A stretch of DNA of 29,865 nt, from the NCBI GenBank assembly GCA_964553355.1, contig CAZKKJ010000002.1, positions 1-29,865 on the forward strand. Reading direction: 5' to 3'. Made by a program: the position numbers and the translations under genes. Under the pieces are notes generated by a model that saw only the letters and a program-made list of their open reading frames with translations, made no database searches and was not told the DNA's origin. This document shows positions 8,501 to 17,947 of the stretch, piece after piece. Source of the stretch: an uncultured Candidatus Saccharibacteria bacterium. GTDB taxonomy: Bacteria; Patescibacteriota; Saccharimonadia; Saccharimonadales; AWTP1-31. The stretch's first letter is position 1; every line of letters begins with the position of its first letter.

Positions 8501-9103
8501 CAAGGCAAACTCTACCAAAATGGTCTGGCTATGTTGCAGGAACTGGTCGGGGGCATGAATCTGATATATAACACTACAAATATGACCTCCCAGGCACCAT
8601 TATTAGCGGTTGGCCCTATACTAGAACAAAACATCAAGAACCTCGAATCATTTGCACAAAGTAAGCACGTCCAACTGTCTAACTCGTCACAGCCAAACAT
8701 GAGCGTTCACGTACCTGCCGAAGCCCTTAGTCAGCTACTTCATTCAACAATTCATAATGCAATCAAGTTCAGTAAAGAGAATGGCCTGGTTAAGATTGCT
8801 GGCACGCGACGTGGCAAGAAGCTAATTATGACGGTTACCGATACTGGCGTTGGAATTTCAAAGGACAAGCTCGACAAACTCTTCCAACCGTTTACAAGAG
8901 CAACCGACACCGAAACATTCGACTACGATGGCCTGGGCTTGAACTTGTACATCAACAAGGTTATTCTGGCTCGCCTAGGGGGCGACATCCACATCAAGAG
9001 CACAAGCAACAAGGGAACCAAGGTCACCGTTACGCTACCCGAGGCAAACAAGGACGAATCATTAGTTGCCCCTGCCATGATTTTCCCCACAGTCTCTTCC
9101 TAG
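2564..9103 (+). CDS. Giant surface protein: signal/TM, 3x (FN3-like domain with inserted NHL propeller), DUF11-like, Ig-like x2, FN3, Pro/Thr linker, 3 TMs, two His-box-like helices, HATPase_c domain
   Basis: About 18 NHL repeats (P.GIA.DS.GN.YV.D..N.RIQKF...G.FI.KWG..G.GDGQF). FN3-like GFQYGTTT.YG and GLTCGTTYHYRA.ATN motifs. AHHLNTPL His box, HNAIKF N box, DTGVG G1 box, LFQPF F box, GLGL G2 box. Confidence 0.9.
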   Translation: MKSKRVVNLSMPDRIARQPKHIRSMLAVFGVVTVGVFVYYLASLLPMFSSAASPTLTTGGASNIGRTTVKLTGDTTSNGGSEVTEWGFQYGTTTGYGTTASETQKPYAFASKIGGLGTNDGEFTNPYGVAFDSTGNMYVVDATNNRIQKFDSNGNFITKWGSSGSGDGQFSGAYHIALDSSDNVFVVDMYNARVQKFNSSGTFISKFGTQGSGDGQFSSPSGIVIDSSNNIYVADRSNQRIQKFNSSGVFITKWGSLGDADGQFRNPTSLALDGSGNIYIGATRIIHKYTTSGVFVTKWGSAGTGNGQFNGVHDLKVDGSGNIVALDGFNYRVQIFDSSGTYLSQWGERGDNDGQFQIPYGLAIRNNDIYIADNSDRVQKFSPYSQAGTYTISITGLTCGTTYHYRAFATNIDGTSYGDDATFDTFGCAPVLDISTSYSQDITQYDARVRATINEGSSIATSKGFQYGTTTSYGQTKSVPVQEEYKYKSSIGSVGTGDGQFQQARNFAFDSAGNMYVADTYNDRIQVFNPAGSYVSQWGVSGSGPGQLTEPAHIAIGPDNTVYIAYGSASEKVQRFTVNGTYLGAWGTFGSGNGEFSDIGYIAVDSTGNVYVADLGNYRIQKFTSTGSFITKWGSFGSGDGQFTQVKGIDFDSSDNVYVLDYNTPRVQKFNSSGTFISKFGSLGSGDGQFSFPADITIDDQNNIFVLDAGNRRVVKFDPSGNYITKFSRDGASTGELELSTAIGVKADGVVYVADTAKSKIISFETVNQDTPFFLPISGLTCNTTYHYRAFLANGTDTDYGIDNTFTTDACPTAPGVTTNISTGLTQTTATLNGRIDSLKSTVSSRGFRFGTTDSYGQTFPEAVTHNINYTSVLQTSDMQSPSDNFPRDIARDLAGNMYVIEWGGGNPQVEKFDSNGNFITKWGSYGTGDGQFSLPDSIEVDAANRVYVADAVNGNIQKFDSNGNFISKWGTIGSGMGEFGRHGLIDMRLAIDSQYNIYVSELGSTPNDGTPIHRVQKFTNTGTYLGQWGGIGTGNGTLTLNSAADIAIDDDDYVYIVDDNGTNPVVKKFDVDGNYITEWGSVGSADGQFGETSNVRYIDIDSNNDVFVAEISGPNRVQKFDRYGNFLTKFGSSGSGNGQLNWPSGMIFKNDSTIVVSDHLNNRLQLFNYETVSDSFTKNLTGLTCGTTYHYQAYATNGVGTEYGSDQTFTTDACPQQTDFALEKTMTNAVPVNSGDDVNYHFKITNVGASSASYSGQFTDVLPAEFTLNNDYFDTLNNAQVSCVDGGLAEESGDAYLAGQYAGHHVVGCNIDAGLDELAPGEFIEFDLSGAANANYTNASTKNRSLYYTSLDNEDDVLTDVENAIAANQDMFELATNNVSTHTYSFVANTAPVVAIVNPDEDQQFNQGEVINLAAEASDSDGTITEVEFYLNSQLVGSVSSQPYEIQASGLAPGVYTVVARAIDNDGAATSSAVVNFTVVAVDPSVTTVSATSVNKTSAILNGDVTVIGSTPLTQRGFQYGTTTSYGSTVGNATSQTGAYSVSVSGLTCGTTYHYRAIATNTSGTGYGVDKTFTTSVCPAPPTVVITAPTNNQVFGAKTTSVSLAAVATSLTSEIARVEFFVDGAYVGTVVDSPYTMDALGLSVGQHILETKAYDVLGATAEAVPVPFYVAPPTGNPAVDNPPTTPPVTTPPAATPTVPTDANNTSGEGIKLEKKDGFSRTNVAGRTWVDAVFAHKVFSVVPWILILLLLILAAAYAYRARREYVLRKQIIQTLGRYQKTLDATDNYLALTAHHLNTPLAIMNGSAELVVAKKALPTSVTTHAQAKLKDFSIAIGQVLSANQVSEAELKRDQQQATAHDIQPRSKNPLKDRAVWLPMVVVFGCLVLANLLFIRVGVLSNGWVRMLIEFGLFVLTCVLLVLSYMYHNKAEAFKLLSQQQLAAQGRLMTRRRQFIADAHQTLNKHLEDLKLSGARFAEVEQGKLYQNGLAMLQELVGGMNLIYNTTNMTSQAPLLAVGPILEQNIKNLESFAQSKHVQLSNSSQPNMSVHVPAEALSQLLHSTIHNAIKFSKENGLVKIAGTRRGKKLIMTVTDTGVGISKDKLDKLFQPFTRATDTETFDYDGLGLNLYINKVILARLGGDIHIKSTSNKGTKVTVTLPEANKDESLVAPAMIFPTVSS
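3149..4596 (+). repeat. Identical 29-nt segment in propellers 1 and 2 (3149-3177 and 4568-4596)
   Basis: AAATTTAACAGCAGTGGAACATTCATTAG occurs at both positions. Confidence 0.9.
3752..7237 (+). repeat. Near-identical 33-nt segment in two FN3-like domains (3752-3784 and 7205-7237)
   Basis: TTAACCTGTGGCACTACCTATCA[C/T]TACCGAGCA, 32/33 identical. Confidence 0.85.
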
Positions 9104-9137
9104 CTTGCAGATACCTGTATGACAATAAGTTTAGTTA

Positions 9138-9166
9138 TTGACAAGCATTAACGTAAATGATATTAT
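9138..9166 (+). promoter_or_regulatory. Sigma70 promoter
   Basis: TTGACA-N17-TATTAT. Confidence 0.75.
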
Positions 9167-9186
9167 TATAGCTTCGTGTTTGAGGC

Positions 9187-9228
9187 AAATTACCCTCCTC
9201 TATTCAAAATATGGGGTAATTTTTATTT
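9187..9228 (+). terminator. Terminator-like hairpin within the leader of the 108-aa gene
   Basis: AAATTACCC (9187-95) pairs with GGGTAATTT (9214-22), followed by TTATTT. Confidence 0.5.
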
Positions 9229-9256
9229 CTACAGAAAGTAACCAGAAGGGAGAGCC

Positions 9257-9583
9257 ATGACAAACGAAGTATCAGGAGAACAACTACGTAGAGACGCTGC
9301 CCGTCGCGGTTTTGTTATGGCCGCAGTCTCTATCGGTAGTCGAATATTACCGGATAGTATTACAACACCTCTGGGTCGTATGAACCCACTCGCCGTTGAC
9401 CGCCATAACCGTAATCAACAAGCAGCGGTTGAACAGCGTATCGAAGGTCTAAAAATAATGCTCGAGGCAGCTGAAGCTTTAGGCGAGATTGCCCCAGTTG
9501 CAGAAGCCCCTCGAGACGTTAGTCGTGTAGATGCTGCACTCATTGTTGATCACACGGCTCCAGACATTAAGTCTTGGGACTAG
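9257..9583 (+). CDS. Hypothetical protein (108 aa)
   Basis: Purine-rich SD (GAAGGGAGAG), upstream promoter, plausible composition. No recognised family. Confidence 0.6.
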   Translation: MTNEVSGEQLRRDAARRGFVMAAVSIGSRILPDSITTPLGRMNPLAVDRHNRNQQAAVEQRIEGLKIMLEAAEALGEIAPVAEAPRDVSRVDAALIVDHTAPDIKSWD

Positions 9584-9635
9584 TCACTACTGCTTTGAGC
9601 CGCGACCTCTTTACCGTATAATTACCATCTGTAAT

Positions 9636-9709
9636 GGCGCCTTGGCCGAGTGGTTAGGCAGAGCTCTGCAAAAGCTCGTACACCGGTTCGAATCCGGTAG
9701 GTGCCTCCA
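9636..9709 (+). tRNA. tRNA-Cys(GCA)
   Basis: Cloverleaf: GGCGCCT/AGGTGCC acceptor stem, GAGCT-CTGCAAA-AGCTC anticodon arm, TTCGAAT T loop, U73 discriminator, encoded CCA. Confidence 0.97.
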
Positions 9710-10152
9710 TTACGACTTATACCAGTTGAACTGATTCGCAGTATGTTTCTTGTGGCAGTTAGCGCAAAGTATCCTGCACTTGGCAATTTCTGCGAGTGTT
9801 GCTTCCCAGGAGTATCCATCCCTAAGGGCAGTAGCAATGCCAAATGATTTCAGACTAGGGTCAAGATGATCAAATTCCAAAACTCGATTATCTGACTCTG
9901 CACATTGCACACATTGTTTATCAGATAGATATTCAATCATTTTTAATCGAAATTGACGTTTATATTCTTTTTGTCTTAATCTTGCCCTTTGTCGGTAGCT
10001 GTCTCTTTGCAACTCATAGTGATGCCTATATGTCCGAATCCTTTGTGTCTTGTAGCATGTCTTGCATGTGTGTGCAGACGGCCAGAAGTGCTATCTTTAA
10101 TATAGTAATCACCCTCTGGCTTTTCATGATTGCATTTACTACAGACCCTCAT
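9710..10152 (-). pseudogene. HNH endonuclease with N-terminal Cys zinc finger, frameshifted at about 10066-10074
   Basis: MRVCSKC...RLHT in one frame continues as CKTCYKTQRIRTYRHHYELQRD... in another. The C-terminus has CVQC..LEFDH...CRILCANCH. The shift falls at a (CA)4 tract. Confidence 0.85.
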
Positions 10153-10238
10153 ACGTGAATTATACATCCATGTCGGGATGGGTGCACGAACATTAATGGG
10201 GTGGGAATGTTATTTACTAAATGTTAAGATGGCAAGAT

Positions 10239-10325
10239 GCGCGGGTGTTGGAATTGGTAGACAAGTTTGACTTAAAATCAAATGCCTTTACGGGCGTGCG
10301 GGTTCGATTCCCGCCCCGCGCACCA
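10239..10325 (+). tRNA. tRNA-Leu(TAA)
   Basis: GCGCGGG/CCCGCGC acceptor stem, TTTGA-CTTAAAA-TCAAA anticodon arm, long variable arm, A73, encoded CCA. Confidence 0.97.
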
Positions 10326-10343
10326 GCGTGAACCCCAAATAAT

Positions 10344-10366
10344 AACTGCCGCAAGGCAGTTTTTTT
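10344..10366 (+). terminator. Intrinsic terminator after tRNA-Leu
   Basis: AACTGCC-GCAA-GGCAGTT followed by a T run. Confidence 0.85.
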
Positions 10367-10425
10367 GACCCTTAAAAAGTGCTATAATTAAAGAGTAATC
10401 AATTGAAATTATAGGGGAGTAGAAG

Positions 10426-10986
10426 ATGCCACTAATTATTGTTCTTGCGGTTCTAGCTGTAATCGTTATTGCAGGTGTTGCCATGTATAACGGTTTGGTT
10501 CGTGCCAATGTCCGCGTAGATGAGGCTTGGAGCGACATTACCGTACAGCTTAAACGTCGTGCCGATCTCATACCTAATCTCGTCCAGACAGTTAAAGGTT
10601 ATGCCAAGCACGAAAAAGAAGTATTCGAAAATGTTACCAAAGCTCGTGCAGCAATCCTTGGCGCTCAGGGCGTAGAAGAAACCGCAGCTGCAGACAACCA
10701 GTTTACAGGAGCCCTAAAGAGCTTGTTTGCCGTAGCAGAGGCGTATCCTCAGCTAAGAGCAAGCGAGAACTTTACTCAGCTTCAGGCTGAATTAACTGAC
10801 ACTGAAGATAAGGTTCAGGCTGCCCGCCGTTTTTATAATGGTTCGGCTCGCGATCTTAACATCAAGGTGCAGACTTTTCCGACCAACATCTTTGCCAACA
10901 TGCTGGGCTTTAAGAAGCGTGCATTCTACGAACTAGACGAAGCCGAGAACGCTGCAGTCCAAAACCCAACCAAAGTAGAATTCTAA
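10426..10986 (+). CDS. lemA: LemA family protein
   Basis: N-terminal TM, YNGLV...VDEAWSDITVQLKRRADLIPNLV..VKGYA.HE, LFAVAEAYPQL, RRFYN, FPTNIFA. Confidence 0.95.
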   Translation: MPLIIVLAVLAVIVIAGVAMYNGLVRANVRVDEAWSDITVQLKRRADLIPNLVQTVKGYAKHEKEVFENVTKARAAILGAQGVEETAAADNQFTGALKSLFAVAEAYPQLRASENFTQLQAELTDTEDKVQAARRFYNGSARDLNIKVQTFPTNIFANMLGFKKRAFYELDEAENAAVQNPTKVEF

Positions 10987-10999
10987 ATAATTCCCGACG

Positions 11000-11884
11000 A
11001 TGTATGACCAAATAGCCTCCAATAAGCGCAAGAGCGCCGTCATTATGATAGGCTTTGCTGCCTTTGCTTCGGCAATCGCCTATATCGCTGGCAGCTATGC
11101 AGTCAATCGGAGTTTTGCACCGTATGCCATTGCGGCGGCCCTAATCTATGTGGTTATTTCGTACTATGCCGGTAGCAAAATGGCCCTCGCCCTGAATGGT
11201 GCCAAAGAAGTCACCAAGAAAGACGAGCCTCGTTTGTATCGCACCGTAGAAAACCTAGCGATTACCAACGGCATGCCCATGCCAAAGGTCTATGTTATGG
11301 AAGATCCCGCTCTAAATGCGTTTGCGACGGGCCGCGATCCAAATCACTCAGTAGTTTGTGCTACACGCGGGCTGTTAGATGCTATGACCGATACCGAACT
11401 AGAGGGAGTAATGGCCCACGAGCTTGGACATGTGCAGAACTACGATATACGAGTTAGCCTTTTAGCATTTGCCTTGGCGTCTGTAATTGGCATCATTAGT
11501 GACATGGTCTTGCGTATGTGGTTCTGGGGTGGCAGCAATGACGATGATGGGCCGGCTAGTAATCCAGTATTTATGGCCATTGGTGTGCTAGCCATTATCT
11601 TGTCGCCAATTGTGGCAGCTTTAATCCAGACAGCTATCTCTCGCAAACGAGAGTATTTGGCCGATGCAACCGGTGCGCTAACAACACGCTATCCAGAAGG
11701 ACTGGCTAGTGCACTTGAAAAGATCGCCGCAGCAGGAAGTGTGGTTAAAAAGCAAAATACTAGCACGGCACACTTATTCTTCGCTAATCCCCTCAAAGGC
11801 AAATCAATATCAAATTTGTTTAGCACACATCCACCAGTACAAGATCGAATCAAACGCCTTCGGCACATGGGAAATGTAGGCTAG
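11000..11884 (+). CDS. htpX: M48 zinc metalloprotease HtpX
   Basis: LNAFATGR, AHELGH (HExxH), SRKREYLADA, LFSTHPP..DRI; follows lemA. Confidence 0.93.
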   Translation: MYDQIASNKRKSAVIMIGFAAFASAIAYIAGSYAVNRSFAPYAIAAALIYVVISYYAGSKMALALNGAKEVTKKDEPRLYRTVENLAITNGMPMPKVYVMEDPALNAFATGRDPNHSVVCATRGLLDAMTDTELEGVMAHELGHVQNYDIRVSLLAFALASVIGIISDMVLRMWFWGGSNDDDGPASNPVFMAIGVLAIILSPIVAALIQTAISRKREYLADATGALTTRYPEGLASALEKIAAAGSVVKKQNTSTAHLFFANPLKGKSISNLFSTHPPVQDRIKRLRHMGNVG

Positions 11885-11889
11885 GAGAG

Positions 11890-14947
<3,058 letters not shown>

Positions 14948-14955
14948 TATAGTAT

Positions 14956-15042
14956 TCGTGCGTATCACGCGGCGCGTTCCAATAACATAAACATACAAAT
15001 GTGAAACAAAAAGTATCACCCGCCGTGGGTGGGCACGCACGA
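14956..15042 (+). ncRNA. Candidate structured RNA / leader (unassigned)
   Basis: TCGTGCGT/ACGCACGA 8-bp closing helix, CACCC/GGGTG hairpin and GCGGCG/CGCCGT complementarity, all in an otherwise AT-rich intergenic region. Confidence 0.35.
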
Positions 15043-15043
15043 C

Positions 15044-15077
15044 AAAAATACTCCCTGGGCTTCCAAGGAGTATCTTT
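15044..15077. terminator. Terminator-like hairpin, possibly bidirectional
   Basis: ATACTCC-C-TGG/GCTT/CCA-A-GGAGTAT, flanked by A5 on the left and CTTT on the right. Confidence 0.55.
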
Positions 15078-15123
15078 ATGCTAAACTGTAGCTAATACAA
15101 ACTAAAATAAACACTTAAAAAAT

Positions 15124-17661
15124 ATGCCAAAACAAGCAATCAAAAAGTCATCCGTAAGGCCACACGGCAAAGTGGTCAAAGCCAGTGTTCGTGCATCAAA
15201 TACGAGTCTAAAGCGACTGAGGTTGTTGGTACTAGCAGTCTTTGCATTTGTTGGCGCTGCAGTTTTGACATTGTCGCATGCCGAAGACACCACCAAAGTT
15301 ATTGTCGATATTCCTGACAGCAACTTTGCTATTCCTGCCGGTGCAATATATGTTTCTCCAACTGGCAATGACTCTGCAGCAGGTACCGAAGCAGCGCCGT
15401 TTAAAACTCTTAAATATGCGGTCAGTCGTGCTGGAAGCGGCACGGTGGTTATGCGTAAGGGCGTATACCGAGAAGCTGTGAGCACTATTACAAAGCCGGT
15501 TACTATTCAGGCATATCCGCACGAAAAGGTTTGGCTTGATGGTTCCGACGAAGTGACCGGCTGGGTACAAGAGGGTAGTTTATGGCGTAAAGATGGCTGG
15601 ACAGCTGCTGCACAAATGTGCCCCAAGACAGCAATTCCGGCTGGCGAAGTCGATCCTGATCAGCCAAAGTACTATAGCTGCTACGACGCTGCCAAAGACT
15701 TTGTGACTCCCGAAAATCCACTGTCATTCCTGCCTGATATGCTTTTTGTAGATGGAATAGAGCAACGCCAAGTACGAACCAAAAGCGAAGTGGTGGTTGG
15801 TACGTTCTATATCGATCAAGCCACCTCTCGGCTTTATACGGGTACCAATCCTGGAAGCAAACTTGTCGAAGCCTCTACCAGGCAGCAAGCTATTCAGTAT
15901 TATCAAGCTGGAGTAGCTGGCGCTAAGCTGCGCGGTATCGGTGTGCGTCGTTTTTCTTCCAAGATTGTTTTTACCTCAAAACCCGGACAAGTAGAGGTGA
16001 GTAATGGGGCAAAGGGTATTGAGTTCGATAAGATGCTGTTTACTCAATCCGCCTCCAATGGGCTACTAATGGTGGGTTCGAGCGCAGATAAGGCCACTGG
16101 GCTTGTAGTAAGGGACAGTGTTTTTGCCAATAATGGTGCCTCTGGCCTATCGGGTAACTACTTGGATGGGCTCGTGTTGGATCAAAACATTATATATAAC
16201 AACAACACCCAGAAGGTTCAGCCCGAAGGCAGGTACGGTTCGTTTGGTGGCGCCAAGATATCACGCTTAACCAACTCTACGGTTCGCAATAACCTGATCC
16301 AAGATAATTATGGTAACGGCTTCTGGTGTGATCTAGCCTGCCAAAACAACAAAATCACTGGCAATATGTCACGTGGTAACATCGGCCATGGCTTGTACTA
16401 CGAGATCAGTTACGGTGGTCTGTTGGCTTCTAATGTGGTTTACGACAATACTGGTAGCGGAATTAAGGCCAGTGGTCAGGGGATTAAGATTTTCAATAAT
16501 ACCGCTTACAGCAATGGCGCAAGTAACATTTTTGTGTATGACGATCCCGACACATCCCGCATAAGTTCGTCAGACATACAAGTAAAAAATAACATTGTCG
16601 CGGCTGGCCCACGGTCTACATCAGGCGTACAGTTAATTCGCACCTGGATGGGGCGAACAAATATAGCTCAGACTATCACAGCTCTCGATAATAACTTGTA
16701 TTTCCGTTCTAATGCAGTTGTACCCAAGACAGTCCTGACCTGGCAAGGGACGAGTCCGACTGTTAACTATGCTACGTTAGACGCAACTTTGCGAAGCCAG
16801 ACTGGTCGAGAGACAAATGGCTTGGGTGTGGACGGCAAAGCGACAGCCACGCTGTTTAAAGATGCAGCTATGGGTAACTTCCAGCTTGTGAGTGGCGCCG
16901 CGGCCGTAAATGTGGGCGAAGCACTACCAGCTGATGTCGCGGCTGCTCTAGGCCAATCAACTGGTGTCAGAGTGCACATTGGCGCATTGAGTTGGAGGGC
17001 AGGCAGCAGCAACACCCAAGCAACTGCAACACCCGATCCGGTAACTCCTCCCACACCACCAGCTAATAAGCTGCCCACTGTTACCGTCAATGTAAGCAGC
17101 GCAAGTATTTCCGCCCCCGCAAGCTTTAACATTACGGGCAGTGCCAGTGACCCGGACGGTACGATTTCCAAGATCGAGATCCTCCAGAACGGAGCCACTA
17201 TCGCCTCTTGCTACAACACTACTAGCTGTACATACCAGGCAAAAGATTACCAAGCTGGTGAATTTAATTTCAGCGCACGTGCTACAGACAACGCCACCCC
17301 TGCTGGCCTAGCGACCAGTACGAGCCAAAATGTAACTGTCTTGCCAGTTACACCGGTTGCTCTGGCTGCCCCTATGGGTGTTAGTCCATACCTGCAACAA
17401 GACTGGTTCCAGTTCTACATGGGTCTAAAATGGACTGCCGTCCCCGGTGCTACCAGCTATGTTGTTACGCAATCGGGCAGTAACCCTGTCACGGTCACTA
17501 ACCCTAATTTCCGTACCGGTTACACTATTACTATTGGCTATCGGTACAACTTCGAAGTCGCCGCTGTTAATGCCACTCAAAAATCAGCCCCAACAAGCGT
17601 AATAGCCACCTCTAGCTGCGGCTTCTGGGTCTTCAACTGCAACGCAACGAGCGTTAGATAG
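15124..17661 (+). CDS. Secreted right-handed parallel beta-helix (pectin-lyase-like) protein with Ig-like and FN3-like C-terminal domains
   Basis: Basic N-region plus signal ending LSHA. YVSPTGND...GT...PFKTL (DUF1565-like), repeated N..G.G.W.D/NN.I..N turns, Pro/Thr linker, ASDPDGTISKIE Ig-like domain, LKW..VPGATSY FN3-like domain. Confidence 0.85.
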   Translation: MPKQAIKKSSVRPHGKVVKASVRASNTSLKRLRLLVLAVFAFVGAAVLTLSHAEDTTKVIVDIPDSNFAIPAGAIYVSPTGNDSAAGTEAAPFKTLKYAVSRAGSGTVVMRKGVYREAVSTITKPVTIQAYPHEKVWLDGSDEVTGWVQEGSLWRKDGWTAAAQMCPKTAIPAGEVDPDQPKYYSCYDAAKDFVTPENPLSFLPDMLFVDGIEQRQVRTKSEVVVGTFYIDQATSRLYTGTNPGSKLVEASTRQQAIQYYQAGVAGAKLRGIGVRRFSSKIVFTSKPGQVEVSNGAKGIEFDKMLFTQSASNGLLMVGSSADKATGLVVRDSVFANNGASGLSGNYLDGLVLDQNIIYNNNTQKVQPEGRYGSFGGAKISRLTNSTVRNNLIQDNYGNGFWCDLACQNNKITGNMSRGNIGHGLYYEISYGGLLASNVVYDNTGSGIKASGQGIKIFNNTAYSNGASNIFVYDDPDTSRISSSDIQVKNNIVAAGPRSTSGVQLIRTWMGRTNIAQTITALDNNLYFRSNAVVPKTVLTWQGTSPTVNYATLDATLRSQTGRETNGLGVDGKATATLFKDAAMGNFQLVSGAAAVNVGEALPADVAAALGQSTGVRVHIGALSWRAGSSNTQATATPDPVTPPTPPANKLPTVTVNVSSASISAPASFNITGSASDPDGTISKIEILQNGATIASCYNTTSCTYQAKDYQAGEFNFSARATDNATPAGLATSTSQNVTVLPVTPVALAAPMGVSPYLQQDWFQFYMGLKWTAVPGATSYVVTQSGSNPVTVTNPNFRTGYTITIGYRYNFEVAAVNATQKSAPTSVIATSSCGFWVFNCNATSVR

Positions 17662-17907
17662 TTAGTCGTCGGAGCTTGCTAAATAAGCGGCACTACTCAG
17701 GGCGAGTGCCGCAGTGCCAATCTCGAATATAATTGTCTCGGTACTGCCAGCAACCTCATAACTACTGATGAAGGACTGATTATGTGTAAAGTCTTCTATG
17801 GTGTCTTTGGCCATCATTCCAGCTATACATCCAATTGCCGAAAGACATACTATAGATAGTGCGCGGCAAAGACTGACTCGGTGATTTGGGTTATTATAGC
17901 GTTCCAT
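17662..17907 (-). CDS. Small hypothetical membrane protein (2 hydrophobic segments)
   Basis: 81-aa ORF filling the gap between the beta-helix gene and the tRNA-Ala terminator. No recognised family. Confidence 0.5.
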   Translation of the reverse strand: MERYNNPNHRVSLCRALSIVCLSAIGCIAGMMAKDTIEDFTHNQSFISSYEVAGSTETIIFEIGTAALALSSAAYLASSDD

Positions 17908-17919
17908 ATTGTACGATTT

Positions 17920-17944
17920 AAAAAACTCCCGATGTGGAAGTTTT
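17920..17944 (-). terminator. Intrinsic terminator after tRNA-Ala
   Basis: Minus strand AAAACTTCC-ACATC-GGGAGTTTTTT. Confidence 0.7.
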
Positions 17945-17947
17945 GCT

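Noticed and set aside
9631-9713. GTAATGG / CCATTAC inverted repeat flanking tRNA-Cys
   Set aside because: Only 7 bp, partly made of the tRNA's own GG and CCA plus the HNH stop codon; compatible with chance.
10171-10191. Possible tRNA-Pro 3' remnant (GTTCG..CATCCCGAC on the minus strand) as an att site
   Set aside because: The match is only 9 nt, the T-arm spacing is wrong, and there is no integrase or matching tRNA in the window.
15027-15060. T-box (GGGTGGGCACGC) or ZTP riboswitch (CCTGGGC) assignment
   Set aside because: The UGGNACC bulge and Stem I are absent, the GACUGGCG/CGCC ZTP core is absent, and the downstream gene does not fit either regulon.
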